From: Oikopleura dioica
Lineage: Eukaryota > Animalia > Chordata
Length of the DNA stretch: 64,000 nt
Direction: 5' to 3'
NCBI GenBank assembly: GCA_907165135.1
Contig: OU015567.1
Coordinates: forward strand, 11,036,001-11,100,000
The translations under genes and the position numbers were made by a program. The notes beneath the pieces were generated by a model. That model did no database searches. It was not told where the DNA came from and worked only from the letters and a program-made list of their open reading frames with translations. Positions within the stretch are counted from its first letter, which is position 1, and every line of letters begins with the position of its first letter. This document shows positions 62,423 through 64,000 of this stretch, piece by piece.

Positions 62423-64000
62423 ATGACAGAGCCGAGGTGGATAAATATTCGAGTCAAAATGCTTGCGGGCGAAGATCATGAGGTGAAAATAATGAACACT
62501 TCTAGCATCGGAGCTCTGAAGGAAGATCTCCAAGAGAAAACGGGAACTCCGCCAAGTCGCCAAAGGATAATTTTCCAAGGCCGAGAGCTCAGTGATAGAT
62601 CCGCCATTGCCTCGTGTGGTCTTCAGGATGGCTCAGTTGTCCATTGTGTTTCTAACGCTCCTCCGTCTAATGATACGTCTACCAGTACTCAGGAACAGTC
62701 TCCATGAATAGTTTTCCCTTCGAGCGGGAAATCCCAACAGTGGAAGATTTTTATTTCCATTGAGGAATCTGCAACTTTATGGAAACTTTTATAAGGCACA
62801 GGCTGCTGCTCCATCTCAAGCTCGCGTGGAAATGCACCGCGCTGTGACACTTTTTGTCGCAGCTGCATCGCGTCTAGACAACCGCCAGACAAGTTCGATA
62901 ACAACTGACACAACAGATCGAAGTATGAACGATATGGACGCACTAGCCACGAACATGGAAGATTTGGCTCGTGGAATGGACAATCTGCCAGCAAGTTTGA
63001 GATCTCTTGCTCTGGGGCTGAGAGCTGATACGCCTTCTGATTTTGAAGCGTTGGAAGCTGATTTTCGTAATGCATCCAGTGCACTCATGCGTCTTGGAAC
63101 AGCAGCGTCGCGTATGTCTAGCGCAAGAATCAATTGGTCCGCTCCGCCACCTAGAACTGTTGAGTACCGACAGACTCGTGTGTCCCGAAATCAAGGCGCG
63201 AGAGGCGCAGGAGGCAATTCAGCAGGAATAGTCATTCCGGTCAGCGTCACTGCTAACGCAAATGGGCAAGACTCAGATGATATTCTCGGAAATATCCGTG
63301 CTCAAATTGAAAATGGCTTGCAAGGAGCTCTAGCAAATGCGAATGCTTCGATTCAAGAACGTCTAGCGGGAACAGGGTAAGTCAACGTATGAGAATCTGA
63401 TAATAATCATTTGAAATAAGGACGAGAGCTGCGGAGTTAAACGCTCAACTCGACCGACACATCCAGCAGCACACACAGATGCTAGACCAAGTGAATCAAC
63501 TACGTGACCACTTGCCATCGGCAGCTAGCACGGCACAAACAACACAAGAGACGAGTTCGACTACTACTTCATCATCTAGTCCATCAAATAACCAAACTAA
63601 TGGACAACAAGCTACACTTCAAGCGCAAGTTATTTCAATGGTGAATAGGCTTGGCGCGATTGATGGTGAAGAAGGCGACGACCGACTTGGTGGTATAAAT
63701 GCGAACATCACAATCAACGCACAAGTTACACCAAATATTCACATTCGAATCGTTCCACCAAGCATGGCCATGGAGCCTGTTCGAAACAACCGTGGAGAAG
63801 AAGCAACTTTCCATGCTTCGAGTGCCGAAGATGCGACTCGAAGGGCAACAGGTCTTTCAGCAGATATTATCGAGCAAATAACTGCGTCTGTGAATAATAA
63901 TGCTCAAACTGGAAGCCCAATTGTAATTGGTAATTTCGAAGGTGTTGAATATTATTTTTTAATTTCAAATAGAGTGCGAAAACACCGATACAAACGGAGA
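62423..64000 (+). CDS. BAG6: N-terminal ubiquitin-like domain protein, BAG6 (BAT3/Scythe)-like; truncated by the window end
   Basis: INIRVKML...RQRIIFQGREL...VVHCVSNAPP, followed by a long low-complexity region. Orthology beyond the UBL domain is not established. Confidence 0.62.

Overview
Eukaryotic, gene-dense window with very short introns (often 30-50 nt), several GA/GC-AG splice donors and co-directional genes separated by very short gaps. This pattern points to the larvacean tunicate Oikopleura dioica or a close relative, which is an inference from architecture and not from a database match. Order of content: (1) about 6 kb of decayed, possibly LTR-retrotransposon-derived sequence; (2) IQCH, with an antisense zf-3CxxC gene nested in one intron and a hAT-type MITE in another; (3) a foldback MITE with TTAA target sites; (4) DOT1L; (5) a three-gene zinc-finger cluster; (6) an unknown low-complexity protein; (7) ABHD16A and ZCCHC4; (8) a TRBP/PACT-like dsRBD gene; (9) a Cys-rich/kelch-like gene; (10) a divergent H2A/H2B histone pair; (11) PRKAR1, an mL37/mS30-like gene, presenilin and a PHF7/G2E3-like gene; (12) PDK, a small type-I membrane protein, GCDH, NIFK, CLK, Adh3 and a BAG6-like gene running off the end. 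The most striking structure is a 5.1-kb Mutator-like element with ~200-bp internally palindromic TIRs. It splits the H2A/H2B bidirectional promoter and carries an intron-containing captured fragment of SYF2 (a Pack-MULE). The second is a 72-nt insertion in one zinc-finger paralog, flanked by a 5-bp direct repeat, that looks like a nascent non-canonical intron. All gene identities come from manual translation and recalled family motifs, and exon boundaries were only partly resolved.
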